NCBI GenBank assembly: GCA_977030845.1
Contig: OZ365118.1
Location: 18,476,001-18,540,000 of the forward strand
Direction of reading: 5' to 3'
DNA: 64,000 nucleotides
Origin: Fimbriosthenelais zetlandica
Taxonomy: Eukaryota
This document shows positions 37,101-52,100 of this stretch, piece by piece. The notes below the pieces were generated by a model. It was given only the letters and a program-made list of their open reading frames with translations. It was not told the origin of the DNA and made no database searches. The translations under genes were made by a program, and so were the position numbers. Numbering within the stretch: position 1 is the first letter of the stretch; each line of letters begins with the position of its first letter.

Positions 37101-40100
37101 AGCTTTAATCTTTAAGTAATTCACAATAAATTTAAAGCAAATTCCGAGTAGAAATTCCGAATAGAATTTGGAGTAAAACTAATCTTGACTTTGGAGGTTT
37201 GTGCAGCCTATGGAAACCCCATTTAACTTGAAAACAACCCAAGTGTATTGTTCTATGTACGGGTTTAATAAGAGGCATTAACTGCACCAAGCAGTGGCAG
37301 GTCCACCGGGGGTTAGGGGTCAGCCCCCTCCCAACAATCTGTCATAAATACCTTTGCAGTACATGGTCTTTTGTATCAAACCCATTCAATGATTCACAAG
37401 GCAGACAATTAGTCTACATGTATGACTACTGAGGCTATAGTCTATCAATTTGCTCTATTAATTTGGCCTTGGGTCGTTGGCTGAGGGCCTTGGGCCATTG
37501 GCTGAGGGCCTTTGACAGTTAGCTGCTTCCAAACATGGAGCCGTGGGCCTTGGGCTGAGGGCCGTTATTGGGCTGGGGCCATATGGGCTTAGGACCTTAT
37601 ACAGAGATGTACTGCCATTAAGTCTTTGCCTGTTACAGTACTGCTGTTCACCTACTGAGGCTCACTTTACATCAATTAACTGCCTACATAAGCCGCCTCA
37701 ATGCATTTAAACATTAAACATTAAACACAATGTCTCCACCTTCCTTGCTGCCTGTTTAATTTGCCTGTTTTTGCCTCACCGCTGACAGACCTCCGTTCTG
37801 GTCTTGTAATGACAGCTGGGACCTAAAAAAAACTCCGCCGACATTTTTTCCTTTCAGTCAGAGAGTAATGGGGATTCCCTCAGAAGCTTGACCTACTTCA
37901 CCATGGGGACCGGGGGGGTTTTCCAGCCCTGCCCCCTGGCGAGTTATCTTAAAACTGTCAGAATTGGTTTGTGCCCCGCGGGAAGTTTGGCCGGCTGGCC
38001 CGCTGGTTGACATTCTCCATGATTCATGTTTTTCTTACATTCATGTACAGAATGTGGCTTCCTGAGAGCCTCATGATGAGAACTTTTTATTTAATTTTGG
38101 TTTTGTAAACCTGGGGGAAGCCATTATGGACGTCTCCCCGGCTAACGTCCCCATCTCTGATTTGTTTCTCTTTAATCTAATAGTCTGCTGGGTCATTTAT
38201 TCTGAAAGCTTTTACATGAAAGCCTCGCTAACAGATGTAGACGTCCCGGATATAGCAGCCACATTCTACCAGGATGTCTTCTCTATTCTCTTTGTTTTCC
38301 ATTTTCTCTGACTTTCTCTGTCGCTGCTGTTTTAAATGCCTCTCAGCCAGTCCTGTTCATTGTATGGTGACCCTCGTCGTCTGCAATTCAATCCCAGGAC
38401 ACTCTCCGCAAATTTACTTTCTACGAATCCTTGTGGTCCTAATATGAACAAGATATTGTATTGCCTACCGAGGAAAATTATGGCCATAAAAATGTTATTT
38501 GAGGGATAAATATTTCATTTCTGTTGCCCCCCCCCCTCCCCCCACCCCATCACCCTCATCTGGATCCGTGAGCCCTCCCGGAATGAAGTCTAATAGAAAT
38601 AGTTTACTATGAGAAGTTAGCTTCAGGGTATAAGAGATAAGTCGACATAACGTCAGCTCAAGTAGCATCTAGAGGTGGAAGAGAGTTAGTTTAACCCTCA
38701 TCTGTGTGAAGAGCAGGCTCGGGGATAGGTGCCCACACACTAATCCGATTCCCAATAAGGCTTCATCCGATAGCTGTCCGATTCAATATTTCTGTTCACA
38801 TCCAATGCTTATAATTTGAACCGTCCGTTACACCTAGTTGGGGGTAACCACAGAGACAATTTCAAACGTTAGATTTCAATTCAAATGGGGAATCGGTTGG
38901 TGTCGGATTGGAGAATCGGACCAGTCCAACCCCTCTCCCCGACATACCAGGATGTGGGCGATTCAATCACCTCACTCTCAGACATGTAAAACCAACAAAA
39001 ATCTCATTAAAATCTCGACAAGTGAAGGAGAGATGGCGAGAGAGAGAGGACGACAATCAGTGAGTGTTCGCCCGCTGTCATTGTTTGTGATTTCTCCTCG
39101 CTTTCTCCACATTGCTGATTTTTCTCCCGTTCTGGTGACTTTTCCGGCAGAGTTAGACTAATTGTGACTGATATTTAGAGTTAGGTTGTGCAGGTTTGGA
39201 GTGACTCTTGTCTCATGTTTGTGAGATGGGAACTGAAGCAACTGCCTGATTGACATGGTTTAACTCTTAAGCCTGGAGCACACTAATCCAATTCTCCAAT
39301 CCATCACCATCCGAACTCCCATCTCTCATGACATCTAATGATTCAAAATGTTTCAGTGGTTAGCCTCTCCAAGTGTAAAGGACTGTTTAAATCACACTTG
39401 GTGTGAATATAAATAGTATCGGACAACTCTCGGATGGAGCCGGATAGAGAATCGGATTAGTGTGTGGCCATGAGACAGGCACGGTTCTCAGGCTAACATT
39501 AACGGAGACATTTTACTATATTTTAGTATAAAGTGAACCCTGAGAAATAAACTTTATAAACTCATTAAGCGTGTGGTAACGCTGTGACTGCTTTAATGCT
39601 TTAATGCGGCGGGCTGAGCTTGTAGGTCATTAATTTTCTTAAAGACTTTGAGTTGTTATCTGCCTGGAACATGAGCCCTTTAAGTCATAACTACACGGAC
39701 TAAAGTCTTGTAAAGTTAAGTATAAAGACTCAGTGTGTAAATATTGCCTGTAGTTGAGGTATACACCACTTGTAGCAGTAAGTGTGGCTGGAGGGCAAGA
39801 TAGAGATGCTTGGGATGGGGGTGGGTGATGAAGAGTGTGCTGGGGATGGAAAAGATGGTTACTAGGGGATGGGGTAGGGGGTGGAAAAGATGGGTACTAG
39901 GGGATGGGGGTAGGGGGTGGTAAAGATGGGTACTAGGGGATGGGGCAGGCTAGGACGGGTATAAACACCCCCTGGTGGTCGATCCGGAACCAGTCATGTG
40001 GAAATAGTGCGTCTTGTAGTCCTTCATTGATACGTCAGACCCTCTGATCACTAGCTCCCTCTCTGTACTCGTTTACCAAGTAATTTATAGGTTACCTTCC

Positions 40101-43100
40101 TTATGATTAATAAAACATGCCTGTAATTGTAAAATTATATGATGCCAGGGTGTAATACTAAAGGCTTTATGTTTGCGACCTTCTACATATCATAATTTGA
40201 CCTTGATCTGAACTATATGTTGACTTTGATCTGACCTATATTTCGTCCTTGATATGACCTTTATTTTGACCCTGATCAAACCTATATTTGGCCTTGATCT
40301 GATCTATATGTTGACCTTGATCAAACCTATATTTCGTCCTTGACCTGACCTATATTTAACCTATATTTGACCTTGATTTGACCTTTTTCAGTTCTCCATC
40401 CACGCCCCGGATGACGAGCCTCGTATTAGTGAGTTAGGACGCCAGGCGGCGCCAGGTCAGCTTCATGACGTCGCCATCAAAAAACGCGTGGTGAGTGAAT
40501 AACATTAATGGTCATAGATTCTTTATAGAGACGGAAATGTCCACTGTTGTCAACTGTAATACTATAGGCCGATATTGGTGTGGTGAGAGTACATAATTAG
40601 ACAGATCAGGTAGATAGTTACATAGAGAGATCAGGTAGATAATTAGGTAGATCAGGTAGATAATTAGATAAACAGATCAGGTAGATGATTAGATAAACAG
40701 ATCAGGTAGATAATTAGCCTGAGGTTTCTACCTGATACGAGTTATCAATGTCTAATGTGGCGCCATCTATACACCTCACATCCACCTCTCCCGCTCTCCA
40801 CCCGTGGAGGTGAGAAAGTTCATTTACTGGTTTAGGCCACGTGACACCCTGCCTGTGACGTGTTGAATGTTAATGACGTCAATCACGAGAAGTGGATGAA
40901 AAAAGAAATCATTTTTTTTGGGGAAAAGCATTTAGGGACATGAATAACGTGGTTTTTTGTCGTCTTTGTGTCCAGGACATATAGATCTATAATGTAGATG
41001 TATAATCACATCCTAAACGAGCATATATCGCCTAAATTCCCCACATACACGAACATAGATGGCCTAAATGTCCCTCTCCGTTTCCGGTATTGGCATACAG
41101 ATATAATGCCAAGAAAGTTGTTTATTTTTCCACTGAAAACTTTCCCCAGTGATCTATCAGCTCATATGAAGCGTTCCTACACAGAATAGAGCTATATAGT
41201 CTATAGATCCTCCAAGTCCCAGCCCCCCTCTACCTCTGACACTTTCAGTTACTTGGTATATAGCGCCGACATTGCCTCATCTCTGACGACATACAAAAAT
41301 ACAAACAGAATACAACAAAAAACACCACAAAGCCGTGCTCCCCCATCCTCCCCCTACCCGCCCCCACTCCCCCAGGTCCCCTCACTATTCGCTGTATAAG
41401 CCTGTATTTCCCCACGGCCCCCCTCTCCTATTTCTACCTCAATCCATTCAGGCGAAAGGATTGGGTGTGGGGTGGGTGGCTGGTCGGGGGGCGGGGTGTG
41501 GGGTGGGATATTTGGCTTTGGGTTTTTGCTGATAAAAAGGAGTTTTAGTCACAGGCTTGTATTGATATGTAGGCCTGAGGGAACGTTTTCTCTACCTTAT
41601 CAGTAAGGCAAGTTTCTTCAGATTTTTTGTTGCATACTAGCAGACCACCCACCCTTCCCCCCTCAGCCCCCCCCCCCCTCCCCCCTCATCCAGTATTCCG
41701 TATACCTGACAGTCTCTCATCTATCCTCGTCACCATGGCGACCCTGACCATTACGCCCCCTATCACCCTCTCTGTCACCTATCATATCTGGTTTATTTTT
41801 ACCCTGTATAGGCATACTTGACCATTTGACCAGCTTGTCTACTTGACCAGCATTATGAATGATTGAATGTCCAGTAAACGGTCGCCATAGATACCTCAAT
41901 ATACACCTGATTAATGGTCAGTCTCTAGACATGGTTGTACACATATACCCATACCTGGCCCTCACCAATAAGAGGACAGTGCTAGGGCTGGTCGACCTGG
42001 TGTCAGTATACTGTGACTGGGTGAGGTATCATGTCATGTGCCTGTGACATGACACCCCGGTGAAGTAGCAGTATAGAAGTGCATTGGGCTCACTGTCACA
42101 AGTAGGCACCGTCATGAAAGATTGTTGGAAGTGACGTTAAACTCTCATACAATCAATACATAACCGTACCTGGAATATTCTTACCTCCCCACATCTACCT
42201 ATACATGCTCATCTGATGACAGAAAACATTATTTTGCCTCACCCTCCTCAGATTCTTGATGGAGCAATGTTAGCCTCGTGGGGATTTTATTCCTGATTCA
42301 GAGTAAAGTAAGAAGTCTGAGATGAGGTAAGTTTTATAATGTTACTTCCCGATGTGAGGAACCAGTAGTGACTGTATAATGGGTGAGAGGAACCAGTAGT
42401 GACTGTATAATGGGTGAGAGAATGCTGAGTCATTGCCCAGAAAAATGTCAAATGTGGAATCACTGGTAGGTCTTAAATCCCGGGGGAGGGGAGGAAAAGA
42501 TGGGGGAGAGGGGGAAGCTTTACATTACAATGTACGTGCACAGAGACTAGAAATCTAAGTGAGTAAACATAAGTTAATTACATCTCTCTACACTCCGCTG
42601 CTGGATTCTTAAGTAGCTCCAGATGAGAGAATGTCTGCAGAATAAATGCACTGTGTTCAATTTCAATACTCCATGATTTATAGAGGGATCCAGGAGAAGT
42701 TGCTGGGTATATTGAAGTTATACTATGATATGATTATATTTGAATATATCATAAAAGACTAAAATATTTCAAAAATAAAAGTTTTTAAAGTATCAGGCCG
42801 AGGATTTGGCCTTGAGGCATCAAGGAACATTTGCTATAGACATGCCTTGGGGCAGGATTAAGTATGTCGCAAGCCTATACTAGGCAGGGTTAAATCTGTC
42901 GCAAGCCTATACTAGGCAGGGTTAAGCATGTCTCAAGCCTATAGTAGGCAGGGTTAAGCATGTCTCTAGCCTATACTATGCAGGGTTAAGCAGCCAGGGT
43001 TAAGGGCTGGCCTTTTACTGGTCTATCTCTGGGGTATTAGAAGATGACAGGGCACAGGCCGTCACACAGACGGACGTCTGTAGGGCATTGATGACCCCTC

Positions 43101-46100
43101 TCACATATAGAAGGACCATGAGACGAGGGCTTTACTACGAGTGATGAGACGAGGGCTTTACCACGAGTGATGAGGGCTTCCACTGACCCGTGAGAAGGAT
43201 GGGGCTTCTAGGTCTAATACGAGACACCAAATAATCTACTGTACCCACAACCTAACTCACCCCCCAAATGTACTTTGGTTGCTTTCTATTTTTGAAATTC
43301 ATACTCAATGTCTTTAGACCTTTATATCAGGAGTCAAACGTGAGCAAATTATTTGATTCAATCAATGCTTTAATTACGGACAGATAAGTCTATATACATA
43401 CTTGATTCTTGAATCTTTCTTCACGATTATTTGGACATTTTATTTAACGTTGTGAATGGTATATACCAGTTATTACCTTTGGGATGGTTATTTAGACATC
43501 TACGCAATATTTAGTTTATTTTATTCCTCCTGTGAGAGGGCCAGGTGTTTGAGAAAATCCCTCCTAACACCCTGCAGAGGAGGTGTGTGGAGAGGCCGGG
43601 GGTGGCGCTGTGGTTGGTCTTACCACCACCGCCCGCTGTATGAAGCTGTTAGCCTGGGATGAATGGTCAGCTGGGGTGATGTAAATCTGATTTATCCATC
43701 ACCTCCATCCCCGGTGGTCATTGGTAGCGAGTAGCCTCATCACGGCCTGCTCCTGTCATGGCTATCTTCACCATTAAGTCCAGTAATGTTTGAGATAGCC
43801 GGAGATGGGCGCTTTATGGACTGTTAAACGACTATTATTGTTACCTAGTTTACACATGTCAAATCCACCACCAGCTACGCGGGTTCGAAGCACAGGACGG
43901 ATGTGTGTAGTGGGGGGGGGGGGGGGGGGTAGGTAGTTTAGATAGAACAGACACCGGGGTAGGAGTACTAGTAGAACAGTAGAGCATAAAACCAGTGGAG
44001 TGTGAAGGTAAAAGCTATGTGCCTCTAATATAACCCCCCACCCACTCCGTACTGGGGGGGGGGGGGGGGTGTGTTTGTGTTATGGTGGTGATGAGGCCAA
44101 TCCCTCACCACCACCAGGGGGGGGGGGGGGTTGTGGTAAAACTTGTGGTGGCGTCGAGGCACAGAGCGGGCAATGCTTTCACACCTGTAGCAGAGGCTCG
44201 GTTGGGTCCATTGGAGTGGTGTGGGGGGGGGGGGGGTACTTTAGTTGGAAGTAGTTTGGGGTGGGAGTAACTTGTAGCAGCTTCGAGGCACAGGACGGGT
44301 CTTAGCTTTCACACCTACAGCAGACGCCCCGGCAGACGCTCTGCTGTGTGTCTATAGGAGTGGTGTGGTTGGTGGGAGTTGGGGGGGGGGGGGTAATTTA
44401 CTTAGAACACTCTCCTGGCTATTGGCGACAGAAATAGCTCCGTATACCCTTTGAGGTCTACCTGGAGCCATGACAAGCTTCAGCCTATATCTGTACTTTG
44501 GCCTGTATTTATAAATGTAAGTTTGACTGTTTTAACAGTACGAGCATTCCGCCTGAGTGCACAGGGAGAGGAAGATGGAGATCTGAGGAGCAAACATAAT
44601 GTAAACACTGGGATTATTTTATATAAGAACATCATCCTTCACGGCAGTTTGAGGTGAGATGTATAGCAATAAGAGTGGAGCCAATTTGTGCTCCATTAGG
44701 AGCCTCAAGCTCCCAGAGTGCTTCTCACTAGTTGTCATCTGTGTAGGAACTCTATAGTAATTTACACCTTCATAATATTCACCCTCCCTCACAAAAAATA
44801 ACATACTCCAAGCTGCCACTGATTGCTCCTTTAGACGTAATGAAACAAAAAGCTTTATACGGAAGGAAACATCAGTGAAAAAGTACTTTTAATAGGTCTC
44901 TAGATGCCCCATAACCTCGCCTACTCTTGTTCATTACCCCTATATTTATTTATTTTTTATTGTCTATTTTCAGGACTCTTTCCTGTTGCTAATGTCCTCA
45001 CTATTTATTGTTTTTTAGAATATCTACTCTTACTAATGTCTGCACTATTTAATTATTTTTTATTGTTTTTTTTTGTAGAATATCTACTCGTCACTGTCGG
45101 GGTGTATAGACACAGACTCGCCGGAGTTCCGGAACCCGCTGGATTTTTACGCTAATTACAGTCGTGAGGCGTGTAGGATGGAGTGTATGGTGAAGGATAT
45201 TAGTAATTACTGCGGCTGTAAACACTACTACTGGCCCGGTAAGCCTTTAATATACATTATACACGCATTTGGTGATATCTGTCCAGACCGGGATTCGAAC
45301 CCACGTCTCTGGCATCCCAGGCCTGTTGCATCCCGCTGTTGACTTTAGCCTAAATCTGTGAGATACAGAAGTGATTATCAATTTGACGGGGATGGATGGA
45401 TGGTGGGAGGGAGGGAGAGAAAGAGGGAGGGCTGAAAGAGATGATTTAATTAGGCAGGAAACTTTACTAATTTAACTAAAATGATTTAGTAAACATTAGG
45501 CTAGGATCAAGGATTACCAATTGGATCATATTACAGATGCACGTGAGCTAATTATGCTTCTAATTAGCATAATCTGACTCATTAAAAATAAGTCCTCTAA
45601 TGATCTGATGTCGGACTGCTAATTATCTTCAAACTTCCCGTTTGATTAAAGTGATATTAGAAAGTCAAGAGTTAAAAATCAGTTCTCTAATTAAGGTAAA
45701 CTTTGTATTAAGTGATATTTTAATGTGAGGTGGCGGCGTCCCACTGACCTAATTAACCTGGATCATCTCACCGCTGTATCCATGGAAACATGGCCGATCA
45801 ACGTCACCATGGTGACCGGAAGTTGTACAAGTCTGCGTGTTTCCGGTTTGTGGTGTCGCCCAGCTCCCTTGATGTTGAGGCTAACTGAGGCTAACCCAGG
45901 CCAGCCCAGTCTGACTCAGACTGGCTGAGGGAATTTATAGATCTCCGTGTTACTAATTGGAGAATTTAGATTTTAATTTTGTGTAATAAGGAAAATATAT
46001 TACATCATTATTGACGGGAACGTGGTCGACCTGCCGTCACTAGCATTTATATTTACTCTGATTAAAATAGCCAACAAATATTTATTAAAGTCAGGACANN

Positions 46101-49100
46101 NNNNNNNNNNNNNNNNNNNNNNNNNNNNNNNNNNNNNNNNNNNNNNNNNNNNNNNNNNNNNNNNNNNNNNNNNNNNNNNNNNNNNNNNNNNNNNNNNNNN
46201 NNNNNNNNNNNNNNNNNNNNNNNNNNNNNNNNNNNNNNNNNNNNNNNNNNNNNNNNNNNNNNNNNNNNNNNNNNNNNNNNNNNCCTCTTCAACACCTTTT
46301 CCTGTTTTTCCTCAGCTTCCCCCTCTCCCCTATCCTTTCCCTTCCCCCTTTCCTTCACCTTCGTCCCCCTGTAACCCCACCCCAAACAATCCACTATGTT
46401 AAAGTTGTCTTAGTTGATTCTGTAAACTCCTTCTGTCTTTCTCCTCTCTCTCATTGTCTTTAGTTTAATCCCCTCACCACTTGCCAGTCTCTTTCTTCCC
46501 GCCTTTTCCCTTCATTCCATTAAATGTCGTGTTTTATTCCGCCTGCTTTATCTACAGTAATCAGATGATGATAATCTGGTTGAGAGGGACTTGTTCTCAC
46601 TCCGTCTCTAATGCTTTAAACATGTTTTATAATTCACTGTTAAAATAACTAACAAGATGGCGGCTCACTCTGACTCTGCCGACCTCCTTTAACTCAGTCA
46701 TAATCAAAGTCTGCTCAAAGTATCGTCTCAGTTTAATTTTATCTCTTGTGACTATTTTTCGACCTTGGATCAGATAGACCTGAGAAGATCCGGCAATCCG
46801 GATCTGCGGGTGGCTCCTGTTCTCGTGTGTGGCTTCTGGGGTCTTGTGTGTGGCTTCTGGCCTGGCTATTTGTGGCTTCATGTAGGACAATACATCCCTT
46901 GTCTCTGTCTCTCTCTGTCTCACTTTGTCTCAGTCTCTCTGTCTCTGTCTCTCCCTCAGTGTCTCTGCCTCACCTCGTCCCTGTCTCTCTGACTCACTTT
47001 GTCTCTCTGTGTCTCTCTTTCTCTGTCTCTCTGTCTCCCCCTCAGTGTCTCTGTCTCACCTTGTCTCTAGCTATCTCCCTCTGTCTCTGTCTCTTACCTA
47101 GTCTGAATGTGATTCATGTCAACAATTATAAAAACAGTGAAAATATGGCCCGCTCTTCCTCTTTTGACCCAGTTTTTACCGCTCCTTCTTATTTCATTGC
47201 CTTAATTATCAATTAGGTCTGTTTTAATGATTGTACTCATTAGTACCCGCCTGTATTTACGTTTTAATTCCTGTTATGTCATCTTTTTAACTCGTGTTTT
47301 AGTCCGCCTAATGTGGGAACCCACATTTTCATCATGTAAAACTGTGACAATTTTTTTTTATCTTTATCCCAAATAGTCTCACAATCCCAAACTTGTGGCT
47401 GTTCTTGTCTGTCTCCAACGCATGACAAAAGGCTCTACAGCTGAACAAAGCAGCACTGCTTGCTGGTCCCCAGAGCCCTCTCTCCCTCCCCTTCATGCTC
47501 TTCCTCTTTCCCTCCCTTCCTGCCCTGCCCAAGAGCCCTACCCCATCCTCTAGGCCTTCCCCAAGGCCAAGGTCTGTTCAAGGTCAAGAACATACACAGA
47601 GGTCAAGGTGAACTTCCGGGTGAATCGATGACTTCCTGTTAAGATAATAAGAATACTAGCCTAGCTAGATCTTGATTATATTAAAGCCTATTGTACAAAG
47701 CTTCTGCCTCCCGTTTTACAGATTCATTTATTGTCCTAGTATATTTCTGGTCTGAGGATATTATCAAACTTTGCTCTTTCGATTCCCGTTTTCGACTTTG
47801 AATTGCCGACCTTTCCAATACATTCCATGATTTTATTGTTCCTCTATTCCTGGCCCTCGTAAAAGTCAGAATTTTAATGTGTAAGAACTATAGGAAGAAT
47901 CAATTCGCGAAATCCAAATGTCAGTAAAAAAAATGTCACTATTATTATTCACTTGAAAGGAACTCTCGGAGTGAGGGGAATGTAAGACGAACCCATTAAA
48001 TGAATCTTGACAGGACGTAGGAGGGATATCTGCGCCCTAAGCTTCCGCACACTGGGAATGAATTATTTAATTAAATTACATGATAGGGCGGATGAGTATT
48101 TGTATAAAGCAATTATTGAGCAGGGGGCGACTGTGTGATGAAGGCTTCCTACCCTAATACCCATCTTTGTGAGCCATTCCTTATATTAAACCCCAAACCC
48201 CATGTTTTTCAGCCATTCCCCTTATTACACAACCCCCACCCCCATTCTTAGCCATTCCCCGCATCAAACCCCTCCCTACCTTGATTCCCCCTTTAGCCAT
48301 TCCTTCTATTACCCCCACCCCCATTCCTGATAGTCACCCCTCGGTGATTATGGCAGCCATGTTTATTCCCGCTATCATGTGACTTTCCTCCGTTTCTCGC
48401 GGGATCTGACGTGATCTCGGGGCTCTTCTCGTTGCCGCGGGTTCTCCTATTATTGCCCGTGACTTTTACTCGTCTTTATGTCCCTACTTCCTCCCATTCA
48501 CCATCATTGTTCTTACCGGCAAACTTCAGCATTTCTGCCTCTAATATTCTGTGTTTTTGCGTCCATTAAGATGGGAATTGTAGCTCCTTTACCTCCTCCT
48601 TTACTGCCTCGTAAATACATGTATGCTGAATGAAAATAAATGGAAATGAGGCCACAAACAGAACTTGGAGAAGAGAAAGCCATTATTATTACAATGTTGA
48701 GATGTGGATATGTCCTTTAATTTCATTATAATTAGTATATGTTAACCTCCACTTGCATCTCGATTATAATTAGTGATTTTATTTTACAGGTGACTTCAAG
48801 ATTTGTAAATACGAGCGGGAGTACCGGTGTGTGAAGGAGAGAATGTTAGGTGAGTCAGCATTTACCTTCATTAAATAGTGCTTCACCTCACCTGGGTTTG
48901 TGCTCTACCTGGTCTACCTGGCTCCATCTATAATATATACCTCACCATGATGGGAGATCCCCCTGTTTCTAGATCTGGTCATCTGTATTTTTGCCTGTTT
49001 TATTAATCCTGTATAGTCTAGGTAGGGTTGTAGACTTGTATAAATTAAAGCTGTATACATATTTAGAGTTGTTACCGTATACATGTATATATAGACCTGT

Positions 49101-52100
49101 TATCGAATATATGCCTCTATACCATATACATGTACATGTATGTACATAGAACTGTTATCAAATATAGGCCTATACATGTATAGGTTATTGAGGGTCCACC
49201 TTATCTCTTTACTACCTCCTGGTTCTCAGCTACAGCTCTTACTGATCCTACTCCCACACTATCTACTGTCACACTCCACATATATCCCCTACACCCCCAA
49301 CCCCTTAACCCACCCACGCCCTCACTACTCCCACATAACACTTCATCCACCCAAGTCCACCTTGGTTGAAATATTCCCCTCTGGTTTAGACCTGTGAAAA
49401 CTTGAAGTGCTTCTATTTTAAGAAAGTATTTGCCAAAGGATTTTTTGCTGTGGATTTCCTTTACCTGCAAACTGAGATATATTTACTGGATGTGGGGAGA
49501 TTGATGGCTTGTTGTGATCAGATTGATGGGTTGCTGGGTGAAGGTTTCAGCGTCTCTGATAACTGGATGTAGTTACGATGTAAAGGCTGTTGTCAGGGAG
49601 ACGCGTTATCATGGCAGCAGACAGGGCCCTCTAGTGGCGGGTTAACTCACCAAGTTTATCAAAGCGTCACAGAGGGACATGGTAACAATATATAGCTCTA
49701 CTAACAGCCCCCTTATACCTGCCACTCCATCTGGCGGGGAGAGGGTAGACTTTATAGCCTGGGGTGGGCACTTGACAACACTAAAATTGTGGGAGACATG
49801 GTTGTACTTTTACACGCCTCTCACTGCAGATAGTGGGATACATGGCTGTCCTATTTCATGCCTCTAAGCACAGACAGCGTGGGACATGGCTGGACTTCTA
49901 CATGCCTCTCTCAACTGAGTTAGCCAGCCATATTACTGTACATTGGTGAGGGACAATCCACCAGCAGTTTGATCTTTGTTTCATGCAGTGCTTTGTTCAG
50001 TTTGTACTGAGTGTCTGACAATCCTCTATAGTATAGGTAGATCCTGCCTCGTTCATCCATCCCCTGCTGTAGAACCTAAACTTCACAGACGCGACAATTG
50101 ACAGGGCAGTTTAGGTTCAGTTTGAGCAGTTACAAGCCCAACATTACGGTGTGGTCCCTGTGAATGTTGAATGGTCAGTCTGATAGGCTGAGAGTGGTTA
50201 CAAGTGGTCACTCTAGCTGATATAGGTCAGAAGTTAGGATGACCAGTGAATGTACATGATGAAGTGGTCATCTTAACCTGGGGGAGGAGGATAAGTGGTG
50301 TAAGTGGTCAGCCATGACAGATGTAAGACGCACTGATCCCATCTACTCCAGCCACCACTCCCTCCTCGCAAACATCCCTCCCCCTCCCCCTCCCCTCCTC
50401 CAACCCTCCCCCTCCCCTCCTCCAACCCAACCCTCCCCTCCTCCAACCCAACCCTCCCCTCCTCCAACCCTCCCCCTCCCCTCCTCCAACCCAACCCTCC
50501 CCCTCCCCTCCTCCAACCCAACCCAACCCTTCAATACTTCTACCCGTTAGCCCAACACTTCTCCTCCCCCATACCACTTCTCAGCCCTGTCTTGGGTTGG
50601 CATACTGCTCAAATTGGGAGAAGTTGGAGGGAGAAGAAGGAACATCAGGGCTGAGGCTATAGTAAGGGCTCACTTTAGTTTTCTCTATTTATTCTCTAGA
50701 TTATTTCATTTAGTGCTTGATTTTATCTTTATTAAAATCTCGTAAGGCGCTCTAGGAGATGTATTATGGAATACTAGAGATTCCGAGGATGGAAAAGTTA
50801 ACTTTCACGAACAGAAAGTATGAAGACAAACGAGGTCTTGATAAAATATCTATTCATGAATCTTGCTCATTAAATTTAGAAACTACAAGCATTGAGTGGA
50901 TGATTTTTGGGAAAAGTCTGAGGGAAGCTAACAGAATTAGCCGTAAACGAATCTCACCCTCTCTCATATTGCACGGATGACATTTGGATTAAGAAAGAAA
51001 GATGAATAGAGGAGGCAGTACTGTAGGCAATGGAGGGCAGTGAGAGACAATAGAGAGATTGAGAAAGGATGAGGAGAGAAGGAGAGATTGTATGATGTTA
51101 ATGCAGTATATTTATATGGTATACAAAGAGACGAGGCAATGCTGTATTCCATGTTTATATCATAACTTCTGCCGTGTGAATGAGGCTGTTATATGGATGA
51201 GAATAGTAGCTTACACTGTTAATGCAGACATGACCTGTCAGTGTGAACATTAAAGGTTAATATTACATCTATACGTAACGTCCTCTCCTCCATACCCGAC
51301 CTCCGACAGGCCTTCAGGCATAATACATATTATGTCTATTATGTTTACAATCTAAATATATAGCTTTCTATTTAACACAGTCGCCCACATATTCGTCCAT
51401 CTCCTTTTTAACCATGTGTTTGTCAGAAGTACTGTTATAGAAATCTGTGATTGGAGTCACGACTGGGCATCAAGTGTTTCAGTAAACAGTGATCTCTCTC
51501 AGTTAACAGCCAAGATCACAACACTTGATGACGTAGAACACATGATTTGATGAGGAGGAGCCCATCAAGTGATGACGTAGTTGACAGTGACGTGGTGAGG
51601 GCGCGTTCTGGCCGGTGAAGGGTCGTGTACGTGCCGTGACTGGCAAATTACGCCACGACTCTCACCACATCTCGAGAGGTCTCGCGAGATCTCCCTCAAA
51701 TAGATCACATGATCTTTCCTCAGATGGAAACGAGGCTTTTCATGGTTGAGTTGAAGCTCTGGAAAGAAAAGTAGTTGGAGAGGGAATTGATTTTCAATTA
51801 ATCATTTAGTGATGACAGCTTTTCGAGCAGTCATTATTCCTGGTTAGGAAGTGAGGCCGGTTTAATTCATGTTCCGGGGAGTTCCCCTGTAATCGATGGA
51901 TGTGTTTTAACCTCCTCATCTGAAGATGGTTTTCATCATTTTAATTCTGATACTCGAGTGATGAACAAATACAAGGGGTTGAAAAAACAACAATGATGGT
52001 TCATTTAGAAAGAAAGATAATGAGGAAATTAGAGAGAGTTTAGGAGAGATTGATGGGAGAGTGATGAGGTTTGTGATGAGTGGATCCAGCAGACTGTGAC

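Noticed and set aside
45270-45320. tRNA genes at the B-box-like motifs (also 1875 and 25250)
   Set aside because: No A box or cloverleaf could be built; more consistent with SINE remnants
46022-46402. ORFs spanning the N run
   Set aside because: Artefacts of the assembly gap
50273-50577. Pro-rich/Gly-rich ORFs on both strands
   Set aside because: Produced by a C-rich tandem repeat
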